Positions 36,821 through 51,275 are shown, numbered from the stretch's first letter. The stretch is DNA of 64,000 bases from Eledone cirrhosa (GCA_964016885.1 OZ024748.1:26164001-26228000); one strand, 5' to 3'. The notes: a model not told the origin generated them from the letters alone. Program-made: numbers and translations.

Positions 36821-37999
36821 CTGTATCCACAAAAGGCGAAACTTGAAATGAGCAAGAATGGAATTAAGAGAGAGAGAGAATAGAAGGAAAGTATGAGAGT
36901 AGAAGAGGAGAGAGGGGTGGGGGAGAAGATAGAAAGAATATGTGACATGATGTCCCAATGGTTTCTTATAGAAGTGCTGACTTTCAAGAATGAGATTCAA
37001 TGTCAAAATGAGAGCAAAGTCATTAAATAACAGACTCTCTAACAACTGATAATGAAGAAAATAGTGAAGCTGGCCAGTCTCACACACACTAGAACATTTT
37101 TACAACTAGATGATGTCAGCTAATTTATTACACAACAAAAACACAAGGCATGGTCTATCATATAGAAATTGAAATGGGTTGGGTATATTTAGTTTCTTAA
37201 TGCCCGGAAATATTCTCACAGAGGAATTACAGATTCATAAACAATCTCAATAACGGACTAAACGAATCGAAAATAGCAGACATTTCAAAATTAAATAGAC
37301 ATTTCAAAAGGTGTAGGTGTGGTTGTGTGGTTAAGGAGTTTACTCTATATAGTATAGGTGTAGGTATGTTTGTGTGGTTAAGGAGTTAGTATTGTATAGT
37401 ATAGGTTAGAGGCTGGCAACCCCCAGCCCATGAGCCACATCCGGCCTGTGCAGGATTTTTGCCTGGCCAACTAATAGGTTTCAATCTTAGGCCAAGCAAT
37501 CCCGGAAAAAGTGCTCTGAATCATTTTGGATTAGAATACTGACTAGAGAACAAGTCTAGCTACAAGGCTCATTTAACTGAAGGTAATTTTTTGCTTGACA
37601 GTAACAAACAATCAAACTTAGACAGATAGAATAGTCAGATATCGAGGTCAAGGGGACTGTGTATTCATGCAAGGATGTGGAATGACCCAGACTTACTTAA
37701 AAAGTTAGCATGTCTGACATACAGTTATTTCATTTCATCCTCAAAATCTTTCATTTGATTTTGCTGTCTGGTAGTAAAACATATGTAAGTGACTGTATTC
37801 GATAATAATCAATGTTTATTTATTTTTCTATGCTGAAAATGTTCAGTATTAGAAGTAAATTTTTCATTGAACAAATGGTAACCCTGATCTAAATACACCG
37901 CCAGGTATCGTGGTTTTGTCACACTTTATTAAAAATGTCAGAGTATTTTATTGTATTACTGTATTCATTTTATATATGTTCTCATTACTTATTTGATAT

Positions 38000-39555
38000 A
38001 GCTGCATAGCTACATGGCATGAATGTTGAGACACAGCATAGCTACATGGCCTGCTGTTGAGACACTGCATAGCTACATGGCCTGCTGTTGACACTGCATA
38101 GCTACATGGCCTGTTGTTGAGACACTGCATAGCTACATGGCCTGCTGTCAGGACACAGTATAGCTACATGGCCTGCTGTTGAGACACTGTATAACTACAT
38201 GGCCTGCTGTTGAGACACTGTATAACTACATGGCCTGCTGTCAAGACACTGTATAGATACATGGCCTGCTGTCAAGACACTGTATAATTACATGGCCTGC
38301 TGTCAAGACACTGTATAGATACATGGCCTGCTGTCAAGACACTGTATAATTACATGGCCTGCTGTTGAGACACTGTATAGCTACATGGCCTGCTGTTGAG
38401 ACACTGTATAACTACATGGCCTGCTGTCAAGACACTGTATAGCTACATGGCCTGCTGTCAAGACACTGTATAATTACATGGCCTGCTGTTGAGACACTGT
38501 ATAACTACATGGCCTGCTGTTGAGACACTGTATAGCTACATGGCCTGCTGTTGAGACACTGTATAACTACATGGCCTGCTGTCAAGACACTGTATAGCTA
38601 CATGGCCTGCTGTCAAGACACTGTATAATTACATGGCCTGCTGTTGAGACACTGTATAATTACATGGCCTGCTGTTGAGACACTGTATAACTACATGGCC
38701 TGCTGTCAAGACACTGTATAACTACATGGCCTGCTGTCAAGACACTGTATAGCTACATGGCCTGCTGTCAAGACACTGTATAACTACATGGCCTGCTGTC
38801 AAGACACTGTATAGCTACATGGCCAGCTGTCAAGACACTGTATAATTACATGGCCTGCTGTCAAGACACTGTATAGCTACATGGCCTGCTGTCAAGACAC
38901 TGTATAGCTACATGGCCTGCTGTCAAGACACTGTATAATTACATGGCCTGTTGTTGAGACACTGCATAGCTACATGGCCTGCTGTCAGGACACTGTATAG
39001 CTACATGGCCTGCTGTCAGGACACTGTATAGCTACATGGCCTGCTGTCAAGACACTGTATAGCTACATGGCCTGCTGTCAAGACACTGTATAGCTACATG
39101 GCCTGCTGTCAGGACACTGTATAGCTACATGGCCTGCTGTCAGGACACTGTATAGCTACATGGCCTGCTGTCAAGACACTGTATAATTACATGGCCTGCT
39201 GTCAAGACACTGTATAGCTACATGGCCTGCTGTCAAGACACTGTATAATTACATGGCCTGCTGTCAAGACACTGTATAGCTACATGGCCTGCTGTCAAGA
39301 CACTGTATAGCTACATGGCCTGCTGTCAAGACACTGTATAATTACATGGCCTGCTGTCAAGACACTGTATAGCTACATGGCCTGCTGTCAAGACACTGTA
39401 TAATTACATGGCCTGCTGTCAAGACACTGTATAGCTACATGGCCAGCTGTCAAGACACTGTATAATTACATGGCCTGCTGTCAAGACACTGTATAGCTAC
39501 ATGGCCTGCTGTCAAGACACTGTATAGCTACAAGGCCTGCTGTTGAGACACTGTA
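38000..39555. repeat. 31-bp minisatellite, ~50 units
   Basis: Unit ATAGCTACATGGCCTGCTGTCAAGACACTGT with two recurrent variable sites. Confidence 0.97.
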
Positions 39556-42500
39556 GTTAAGGTGTTAGTATAGTATGGTATAGGTATGGCTGTGTGGTTA
39601 AGGTGTTAGTACTGTATTGTATAGTATAGGTGTAGGTATGGCTGTGTGGTTAAGGTGTTAGTATTGTATAGTATAGGTGTAGGTATGCTGTGTGGTTAAG
39701 GTGTTAGTATTGTATAGTATAGGTGTAGGTATGGCTGTGTGGTTAAGGTGTTAGTATAGTATAGGTATAGGTATGGCTGTGTGGTTAAGGTGTTAGTATT
39801 GTATAGTATAGGTGTAGGTATGGCTGTGTGGTTAAGGTGTTAGTATTGTATAGTATAGGTGTAGGTATGGCTGTGTGGTTAAGGTGTTAGTATTGTATAG
39901 TATAGGTGTAGGTATGGCTGTGTGGTTAAGGTGTTAGTATTGTATAGTATAGGTGTAGGTATGGCTGTGTGGTTAAGGTGTTAGTATTGTATAGTATAGG
40001 TGTAGGTATGCTGTGTGGTATAGGTCTAGGTATGGCTGTGTGGTTAGGGTGTTAGTATTGTATAGTATAGGTATAGGTATGGCTGTGTGGTTAAGGTGTT
40101 AGTATAGTATAGTATAGGTATAGGTATGGCTGTGTGGTTAAGGTGTTAGTATTGTATAGTATAGGTGTAGGTATGGCTGTGTGGTTAAGGTGTTAGTATT
40201 GTATAGTATAGGTATAGGTATGGCTGTGTGGTTAAGGTGTTAGTATAGTATAGGTGTAGGTATGACTGTGTGGTTAAGGTGTTAGTATTGTATAGTATAG
40301 GTGTAGGTATGCTGTGTGGTTAAGATGTTAGTATAGTATAGGTATAGGTATGGCTAAGGTGTTAGTATTGTATAGTATAGGTGTAGGTATGGCTGTGTGG
40401 TTAAGGTGTTAGTATAGTATAGTATAGATGTAGGTATGGCTGTGTGATTAAGGTGTTAGTATAGTATAGTATAGGTGTAGGTATGGCTGTGTGATTAAGG
40501 TGTTAGTATTGTAAAGGTGTAGGTATGGCTGTGTGGTTAAGGTGTTAGTATTATATAGTATAGGTGTAGGTATGGCTGTGTGGTTAAGGTGTTAGTATTG
40601 TATAGTATAGGTGTAGGTATGGGTGTGTGATTAAGGTGTTAGTATTGTATAGTATAGGTATAGGTATGGCTGTGTGGTTAAGGTGTTAGTATTGTATAGT
40701 ATAGGTATAGGTATGGCTGTGTGGTTAAGGTGTTAGTATTGTATAGTATAGGTATAGGTATGGCTGTGTGGTTAAGGGGTTAGTATTGTATAGTATAGGT
40801 GTAGGTATGGCTGTGTGGTTAAGGTGTTAGTATTGTATAGTATAGGTGTAGGTATGGCTGTGTGGTTAAGGTGTTAGTATTGTATAGTATAGGTGTAGGT
40901 ATGGCAGTGTGATTAAGGTGTTAGTATTGTATAGTATAGGTATAGGTATGGCTGTGTGATTAAGGTGTTAGTATTGTATAGTATAGGTATAGGTATGGCT
41001 GTGTGGTTAAGGTGTTAGTATTGTATAGTATAGGTATAGGTATGGCTGTGTGGTTAAGGTGTTAGTATAGTATAGGTGTAGGTATGGCTGTGTGGTTAAG
41101 GTGTTAGTATGGTATAGGTATGGCTGTGTGGTTAAGGTGTTAGTATAGTATAGTATAGGTGTAGGTATGGCTGTGTGGTTAAGGTGTTAGTATAGTATAG
41201 TATAGGTGTAGGTATGGCTGTGTGGTTAAGGTGTTAGTATTGTATAGTATAGGTATAGGTATGGCTGTGTGGTTAAGGTGTTAGTATAGTATAGGTATAG
41301 GTATGGCTGTGTGGTTAAGTTGTTAGTATAGTATAGTATAGGTGTAGGTATGGCTGTGTGGTTAAGGTGTTAGTATAGTATAGTATAGGTATAGGTATGG
41401 CTGTGTGGTTAAGGTGTTAGTATTGTATAGTATAGGTGTAGGTATGGCTGTGTGGTTAAGGTGTTAGTATTGTATAGTATAGGTATAGGTATGGCTGTGT
41501 GGTTAAGGTGTTAGTATAGTATAGGTATAGGTATGGCTGTGTGGTTAAGTTGTTAGTATAGTATAGTATAGGTGTAGGTATGGCTGTGTGGTTAAGGTGT
41601 TAGTATAGTATAGGTATAGGTATGGCTGTGTGGTTAAGGTGTTAGTATTGTATAGTATAGGTGTAGGTATGGCTGTGTGGTTAAGGTGTTAGTATTGTAT
41701 AGTATAGGTGTAGGTATGGCTGTGTGGTTAAGGTGTTAGAATTGTATAGTATAGGTGTAGGTATGGCTGTGTGGTTAAGGTGTTAGTATTGTATAGTATA
41801 GGTGTAGGTATGCTGTGTGGTTAAGGTGTTAGTATTGTATAGTATAGGTATAGGTATGGCTGTGTGGTTAAGGTGTTAGTATAGTATAGTATAGGTATAG
41901 GTATGGCTGTGTGGTTAAGGTGTTAGTATAGTATAGGTATGGCTGTGTGGTTAAGGTGTTAGTATAGTATAGGTATAGGTATGGCTGTGTGGTTAAGTTG
42001 TTAGTATAGTATAGTATAGGTGTAGGTATGGCTGTGTGGTTAAGGTGTTAGTATAGTATAGTATAGGTATAGGTATGGCTGTGTGGTTAAGGTGTTAGTA
42101 TTGTATAGTATAGGTGTAGGTATGGCTGTGTGGTTAAGGTGTTAGTATTGTATAGTATAGGTGTAGGTATGGCTGTGTGGTTAAGGTGTTAGAATTGTAT
42201 AGTATAGGTGTAGGTATGGCTGTGTGGTTAAGGTGTTAGTATTGTATAGTATAGGTGTAGGTATGCTGTGTGGTTAAGGTGTTAGTATTGTATAGTATAG
42301 GTATAGGTATGGCTGTGTGGTTAAGGTGTTAGTATAGTATAGTATAGGTATATGTATGGCTGTGTGGTTAAGGTGTTAGTATAGTATAGTATAGGTATAG
42401 GTATGGCTGTGTGGTTAAGGTGTTAGTATAGTATAGTATAGGTATAGGTATGGCTGTGTGGTTAAGGTGTTAGTATAGTATAGTATAGGTATAGGTATGG

Positions 42501-42760
42501 CTGTGTGGTTAAGGTGTTAGTATAGTATAGTATAGGTATAGGTATGGCTGTGTGGTTAAGGTGTTAGTATAGTATAGGTATGGCTGTGTGTTTAAGGTGT
42601 TAGTATAGTATAGGTATAGGTATGGCTGTGTGGTTAAGGTGTTAGTATAGTATAGGTATGGCTGTGTGGTTAAGGTGTTAGTATAGTATAGGTGTAGGTA
42701 TGGCTGTGTGGCTAAGGTGATTGCTTTCTAACCCTGTGGTCTTAGGTTCAGGTTGACACC
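39556..42760 (+). repeat. ~42-47-bp minisatellite (~68-70 units) built from a SINE 5' head, ending in one SINE head with B box
   Basis: Unit TAGGTGTAGGTATGGCTGTGTGGTTAAGGTGTTAGTATTGTATAGTA; last unit continues TTGCTTTCTAACCCTGTGGTCTTAGGTTCAG. Two diverged units also at 37310-37408. Confidence 0.92.
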
Positions 42761-44044
42761 CTGATAAATGAAGTCATTTCCTGTATTAACAAAAAGAATG
42801 TCTCTCAATTCATTACGCCCTTTGTCATCATCATCATCATAATCATATTTACATCCACTTTTCCATGTTGGTTGTCATGGGTTGGATGGTTTGAGGCAAC
42901 AACATACAGCTGGATGCCAGCCCATCCTGATGCCAACCCTTTTTAATCACATTTTACAACTTAACAGGGATACAACGTTCCTATGCTAAAAACTGGGGTA
43001 CATATACCCTTCAGAAATAGTAGTTGTTATATTTGAGGGGAAATTGAATTGGTAACATTGAGAGTATGGCTACTATAGCTACTATTACATGGGGCGGCAA
43101 CCTTTGTAACTTCTACATAATCTATAGATGCTATTACTTGTTTTCCAACACATAAGATGACATATTTCTAAAGAATGTTCCATTAAAAGTAATTGATATC
43201 ACTTCATTTCTCAAACTAAGTAAAAAGAGTTAACTGAGAAATAAAGTGGTTTCATTTAATTATCTGGAATAAAATCTTACTAAATCAACTAATGAAATGC
43301 TGTGTAAAATTTCAAAAATATTCTTTGGTTTGCCAACCATGTGTACACAGAAGTGTTAGGTAGGGTGGTGTCTCTGTATTTTTGTTTTACCATCTAGATT
43401 GATATAAAATCCAACTCTCTCACTCCCACCCCCAATGAAATAATGGATATAAGATGAATGCAGGCCAATCTATAAAGTGGTATGACTACTGCAATTTGCT
43501 CATTATGTAAAAAAAAGTGTTGATCAAACTGTTTATTGCTTCTAGGATTTCAAAATCATCACACATTTGCTCTTCCTGTAATGCAGAGTGTTAACATACA
43601 AGCTTGGTGAATTAAACCAAATGTTTTTAAAAAATCTTCTAATGAGTGGTGTGTGTTGGAGTTGCATAAGTGTGAGCAAAGTAGAGTAGATCCAACAGCA
43701 GATTGGTTTTAAGTATGTTCAGTTGATTTGGATACAAGATGAGCAATAAAAACGATTAATTATCTGCCTAAGGTTTAAAATAGAGCACAGGAAGATTTAG
43801 GAAGTTGATTGATATCAATTTTGCAAGGCTAAATGTTGTTCACTTGTGTGAGTACGTTTTGAAAACAAATCCTTCTAAGTGGGCATTAGTGTTTTTAATT
43901 GACAAATACATGGTTGAGAACTCCTAGGATATATTTAGATTAATAATTTCAAAGTTTTATGAATGTGTATGTAACTGATGAAGAAATGTATTGCTGAGCA
44001 AAAGTATACAATGATGAAAGAATTAAAAAAACACATTAAAATAA

Positions 44045-44205
44045 TGGGTTCTGATTTTGGCATAAGGCCAACAATTTTAGGGGAGATGAAAGTTGATTAA
44101 ATTAACCCCAATGCATTACTGGTGCATTATTTTATCAGCCCCTGTAAGGATGAAAGGCAAAGCTAACCTCGGTGGGATTTGAACTCAGACTGCCAATCCA
44201 CCATC
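44045..44205 (-). mobile_element. SINE family A, internally deleted
   Basis: GTAAGGATGAAAGGCAAAGCTAACCTCGGTGGGATTTGAACTCAGA core. Confidence 0.8.
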
Positions 44206-44785
44206 TTTTCTAAAATATAGTAATGGTTTCTGATTTAAGTACATTAAAATAATAAACAGGAAAAGAGAAAAAAGGGGATGGAAAATAAATAATGAAAAAA
44301 AGGAGGAAAGGAGCAGACAAACTCTATACCTTTGTTGCAATATTTCATTATCATCATGATTTAATGTCCATTATCCCTAACTAGCAAGGGTTGGATGGTT
44401 CATTACAGACCGAGTCAGTATTTAATCACTGTTTAATCACTCTCAGATGGACCGGGGGTCAACATCTTCCATACATACATAATTGCACTCTAAGTGCATA
44501 GGGTGCATTTTATTGTGACACGAGCACAAAGGAGGTTGCCATATGTTTGATGCATCTGAAGTGTCCTCCAGATCCTTTCCTAAATAACTATAAGCTTGTA
44601 GTTTTGTTATTGATTCATCAGACATATCTTGCTTTAAGAGAATCAATTTGCCAGGAGTTGCGATCTGTAGACAGTGTCAGCAATAGAAAGCATGAGCTCT
44701 TAAAAATAAGAGAAAAAAACAAAATGTAGTGTAAATTCAGCTTACAGGATCTTTAACTTTTGATATGTTTAGCCACATTTTCAAT

Positions 44786-44925
44786 CAGTCATGGGCAAAC
44801 TGTGGCCTATTTGGCTTTCTGAATGGCACACCTAAAATTGCTTTGAATTTTTTAGTAGTGCGGCCTGTCTTATGATGAGCCACATCCTATGTGACCCACT
44901 GCTTGAAAAAGGTTGCCCATGCCTG
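44786..44925. mobile_element. hAT-type MITE, 140 bp
   Basis: Imperfect TIRs CAGTCATGGGCAAACT / AGGTTGCCCATGCCTG; 8-bp TSD TTTTCAAT/TTTTAAAT (1 mismatch). Confidence 0.8.
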
Positions 44926-45392
44926 TTTTAAATCATGCAAAATGTAATATTGTTTTTAACACTACAGAGTATTAGTGCAGATGTATTAAAGTGTTATGAA
45001 GTGAAAGATGTAGTACACAAGATTTATAGTTAAAAAAGGACAGCTAGAGTTTTAGTGCTCCATTAATAAGTAAACATTATGTTACCAGCCAAACATAACA
45101 ACTAACAAAGACTATTTATTACCATTGATAGTATGTTGTTTTGTATAATTTTTGCATAATATCATTTGAGGTTCCCATTTTTGTTTTTATTTTACACTTA
45201 AAAGTATTTGGTTTATTAAAGAATCCACTTTAACATATGTCTAAAGAAATCCAATATCAATATCACAATCTATGTATGCAGCTATTTTTAACATGTTTGT
45301 AAATAATGTTTTTAGATGCATACGCATATAAACAAAAGAAAGACATAACAGAATATAATAATATAAATATGGTATTATGTATATATATATAT

Positions 45393-45735
45393 GACACATG
45401 GCTTAGTGGTTAGAGCATTGGCCTTGCAATCGAAAAGTTGTGAGTTCAATTCTCAGACCGGGTTATGTGTTGTTTCCTTGAGCAAGACACTTTATTTCAC
45501 ATTGCTCCAGTTTACTCAGCTGTAGAAATGAGATGATAGGGACAGGGTTCCCTATCATTCCACTGCAAAGTGGACGTGTAGGCGCCACGGCAAAAAAGCA
45601 CCCAGCACTCACTGTAAATGAGGTTGGTGTTAAGAAGGGCATCCAGCTGTAGAAATCAAGCCAGAATCAGTTCCTGTCCCACCCTTGCAAGCAGGGAAAA
45701 GCGGATGTAAAATGAAATGATGAAATGATGATGAC
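45393..45735 (+). mobile_element. Family B SINE with RTE-derived 3' tail
   Basis: A/B boxes, CORE-like segment, then GGTGTTAAGAAGGGCATCCAGCTGTAGAAA...GCGGATGTAAAATG(ATG)n matching LINE 3' end 56071-56235. Confidence 0.8.
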
Positions 45736-46014
45736 AGTAAATAGAGAACAGTACATAAAGAGATGTGTGTTCAATTATAGGGGACATAATACCACTGGAG
45801 TGAAAATCATATAATCTACGAACAGAATGGAAAATGCACAAGATTTAAAAAGATAAATTAAAGTGCACAGACCATTGTTTATAAATATATCTCCTGGACA
45901 TGCTGGAAGTATGTTTCCCCACAAATTAAGTGTAGAATCATACCACTGAGGCTTATCAACAGGAGAAACAAATATGTTCCACACTTCTAAACTCATATTA
46001 GATGAATGGCACGA

Positions 46015-46055
<41 letters not shown>

Positions 46056-46284
46056 TATATATACATATATATATATATATATACATATATACATATATAT
46101 ATATATACATATATATATACATATATATATACATATATATATATATACATATATATACATATATATATACATATATATACATATATATATACATATATAT
46201 ACATATATATACATATATATTTACATATATATATACATATATATATATACATATATATATATACACATACACATATATATACAC

Positions 46285-46319
<35 letters not shown>

Positions 46320-46780
46320 CATACACATATATATATATATATATACATACATATATATATACAAACATATATATATACACATATATATACATATATATAA
46401 ATACATATATATACATACATATATATATACATATATATACATACATATATATATACATATATATACATACATATATATATATACATATATATATATACAT
46501 ATACATATACACATATACATATATACATATACATATATATATATATACATATATATATATACATATATATATATATACATATACATATATATATATACAT
46601 ATATATATATACATATATATATATACATATATATATACATATATATATATACATATATATATACATATATATACATATATATACATATATATATACATAT
46701 ATATACATATATATACATATATATATACATATATATACATATATATATACATATATATACATATATATATACATATATAT

Positions 46781-47390
46781 GGTGGCTGCCAACTCGTTTT
46801 CGAGTACGGCCACTACTTTATATCCATGTAGGAGAACTCCTACTGATGCGCTAAACAAGTGTGACCCTTTAGTCCAGCCAGCGACTTGAAAACTCTGGTA
46901 CAAACACTACACTTGTGACAATTATTGACACATAGTGCTGGGCCCATGGTACCATGTGATGACAAGTGCAGAGAGATCTCCAGATATAAAGCAATGCCTG
47001 TGCTGTGAAGCTTTTATAGTGAGGAAAGGCACTGCACAAAGCCAGTCCCACTCTCTTAACCAAGATGATATTTACCAAAAAGAAGAACAAGTCAACATCA
47101 TTGGATACCATCAGGGTTGCAGGTGTTATATCAGAGTTTTCCTTCTCCTAGAATTCTGCCTTGACAAAGGCTAAGGGGTCATCTCTCCCGGTGATTTTGG
47201 ATGGCCATTGACTCTTAAGAGCTCCTTTGCCCTTTTGACAGGTTTTGTTTTTAGTCCTGCAGGATGTCCAAAGTCATCTTCCTCACCAAGAAACCTTGGT
47301 GGGGTTGCCAGTTTAGTCGCCAACGACCCGACCATGAGACAGGTTGTACTGGGATACATGTTACCAGTAGCACCAACTGGTGACCTGACC
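46781..47390 (-). mobile_element. Non-autonomous RTE-derived retroelement, apparently full length (610 bp)
   Basis: Near-identical to 2561-3153 with 17 extra 5' nt; same 3' junction with (TA)n. Confidence 0.8.
47308..47390 (-). ncRNA. Candidate HDV-like ribozyme at element 5' end
   Basis: Order P1 GGTCA...P2 CCAGT...L3 ACCTGTC...P1' TGGTC, GG (P1.1), P4 TCG-TTGG-CGA, J4/2 CTAA, P2' ACTGG; P3 pairs poorly and P1 relies on G-U pairs. Confidence 0.5.
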
Positions 47391-47631
47391 TAAACATACA
47401 TACATACATACATACATACATACACATACATACATACATATACATACATATACATGCACACATACACATACATATATATACATATATATATACATATATA
47501 TACATATATATATACATATATATACATATATATATACATATATATACATATATATATACATATATATATACATATATATATACATATATATATACATATA
47601 TATATACATATATATATACATATATATATAC

Positions 47632-47813
<182 letters not shown>

Positions 47814-47895
47814 GTGTATATATATATATATACATATATACATATATATATATACATATATACATATATATATATACATATATACATATATATAT

Positions 47896-48010
<115 letters not shown>

Positions 48011-48025
48011 TACATATATATATAT

Positions 48026-48068
<43 letters not shown>

Positions 48069-48895
48069 TACATATATATATATACATATATATATACATA
48101 TATATATACATATATATATACACATATATATATACATATATATATACATATATATATACACATATATATATACATATATATATACATATATATATACACA
48201 TATATATATACATATATATATACACATATATATATACATATATATATACACATATATATATACATATATATATACACATATATATATACATATATATATA
48301 CATATATATATACATATATATATACATATATATATACATATATATATACATATATATATACATATATATATATACATATATATATATACATATATATATA
48401 TACATATATATATATACATATATATATATACATATATATACACACATATATATATACACATATATATATACACATATATATATATACACATATATATATA
48501 CACACATATATATATATACACACATATATATATACACACATATATATATATATATATATACACATTATATATACATACACATATATATACATATACATAT
48601 ATACATATACATATATACATATACATATATACATATACATATATACATATACATATATACACATATATATATATACACATATATATATATACACATATAT
48701 ATACACATATATACATATATACACATATACATATATACACATATACATATATACACATATACACATATACATATATACACATAATATATATATACATAAA
48801 TATATATATACATAAATATATATATACCCCTATATATATAGTACATATATATATATATATATACACATATATATATATATACATATATATATATA

Positions 48896-50204
48896 CTAGC
48901 AGAAGTGCCCGGCGTTGCTCGGGGCTGAGGAACTGATGTATTATAATGAATATTCCATCTCGTTTGGTTTGCAGGCCTGGTGTGTCATGGTCTCTGTTAA
49001 CTACGGTATATATAATCTGGTTGCAGCTAGAAAAATAGACATACCGCAGCAGGGTTTGTACCTACATAGGTGATCCCCTGTCTATTTGACTTTCGCCTGA
49101 CCTAACTGAGGTCGTAGGTGAAAGGGATAGGATCAATCACTTTTTGACAGGACAAAGAAAACATTTGTTGGTGCCTGTTTATGTCGTGGTTTTGGGTTCA
49201 ATCCCTAATTTTGTTATTCCTTACTGAAAGTACTTAATGAACCTGTGAACGTCCCTAGCAGTTAAGAATGAGAAATTGAATTGTTTCTGGCGCGATTGTA
49301 CTCTCGTCATTGTTAACGAAAACTACATTGAAACACGCACACACACACGTGTGTATTGACGGTAATACACACACACACACATGCTAACGGCGACATAACA
49401 TTTACCGGTTATATAAACTTTTCATGCTATATAACATCGTACTGACTACATAGCCTTTTACCGGCTACATAGCTTTACCGGCTACATAATGAATACCGGC
49501 TACGCAATTGATCTTGTTTTTTAAGGAAGTCTGCGAATAGTGTTTTAAAAAATTATTTGTTAACTCACATGATGTGAAATGGAAGGGTAGTATTATCGCC
49601 ATGAAGATTAACAACCGAAAATGAAAATAATTATGTCGTTTGATTTTACGATTGAAAGAAAATAATTGTCATAAATTAGAATTTTTATTTGTTAATGAAG
49701 TGTGTATGTGTGGTTAGAAATCCGGCACGTGGTTAAATTGATTTAAAGTTTAATTATTCATTTGATGTGAGTGTGTGTTTGTATGTGTTTGCAAATAAAT
49801 AAATCAGTTTGAAGATTCACATTTAGAATAAACGAAATTGTACGTTAATGTGGCTAATGTTTTTTTTTGTTTAGTCTGTAAAGTGTATGAGTGAGAGAGT
49901 AAAACGGACAGTATCACCATCAACATGAACAATGTAAAATGAAAAGAATAGTTGTTTCAGCTTGGAAAGAGAAAGTAGCAGAAAGTATGAAGTTGTATAG
50001 ATTTTGAAGGGTAATGAGAGGAACATCGTAAAATATTGAGTTTTATCGATTTTTTGCGTAATTTTGGGTGAAATTGAAAAAAATATATATGCCATGACCC
50101 AATCGAAGATATTTCAAATACGGAGTTGTAAATTTCAATTAAAGAAATTCTATATCGTAGATTTCTATAACAAAGAAATGTGACCATACACTGAGCTTTA
50201 TAGA
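48896..50204 (-). mobile_element. Non-autonomous Helitron, ~1.3 kb
   Basis: Minus strand A|TCTATAAAGCT...CCCGAGCAACGCCGGG...CTAG|T; termini shared with 29865-30512. Confidence 0.8.
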
Positions 50205-50213
50205 TTATGATAC

Positions 50214-50244
<31 letters not shown>

Positions 50245-50342
50245 CATATATATACATACATATACATATATATATATATATATACATATATATATACATA
50301 TATATATACATATATATATATACATATATATATGCATATATA

Positions 50343-50392
<50 letters not shown>

Positions 50393-50616
50393 TATATGCA
50401 TGTATATGCATATATATATATATATGCATATATATGCATATATATATATATATACATATATATATATGCATATATATGCATATATATATATATACATATA
50501 TATATATACATATACATATGCATATATATACATATATATATACATATATATATATACATATATATATATACGTATATATATGCATATATATATATACATA
50601 TATATCTGCATATATA

Positions 50617-50662
<46 letters not shown>

Positions 50663-50913
50663 TATATATATGCATATATATATACATATATGCATATATA
50701 TATGCATATATATATGCATATATATGCATATATATGCATATATATATGCATATATATATGCATATATATATACATATATATATGCATATATATATACATA
50801 TATATATACATATATATATGCATATATATATACATATATATATATATACATATATATATATACATATATATATACATATATATATATACATATATATATA
50901 CATATATATATAC

Positions 50914-50946
<33 letters not shown>

Positions 50947-50987
50947 CATATATATATACATATATACATATATATATACATATATAC

Positions 50988-51018
<31 letters not shown>

Positions 51019-51242
51019 CATATATATATACATATATACATATATATATACATATATACATATATATATACATATATACATATATATATACATATATACA
51101 TATATATATACATATATACATATATATATACATATATACATATATATATAATACATATATATATATATACATATATACATATATATATATTACATATACA
51201 TATATATACATATATAATATATATACATATATATATATATAC

Positions 51243-51275
<33 letters not shown>

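Noticed and set aside
39556-42718. Telomeric repeat tract
   Set aside because: G/T-rich but only isolated TTAGGG-like words; better explained as SINE-head repeats.
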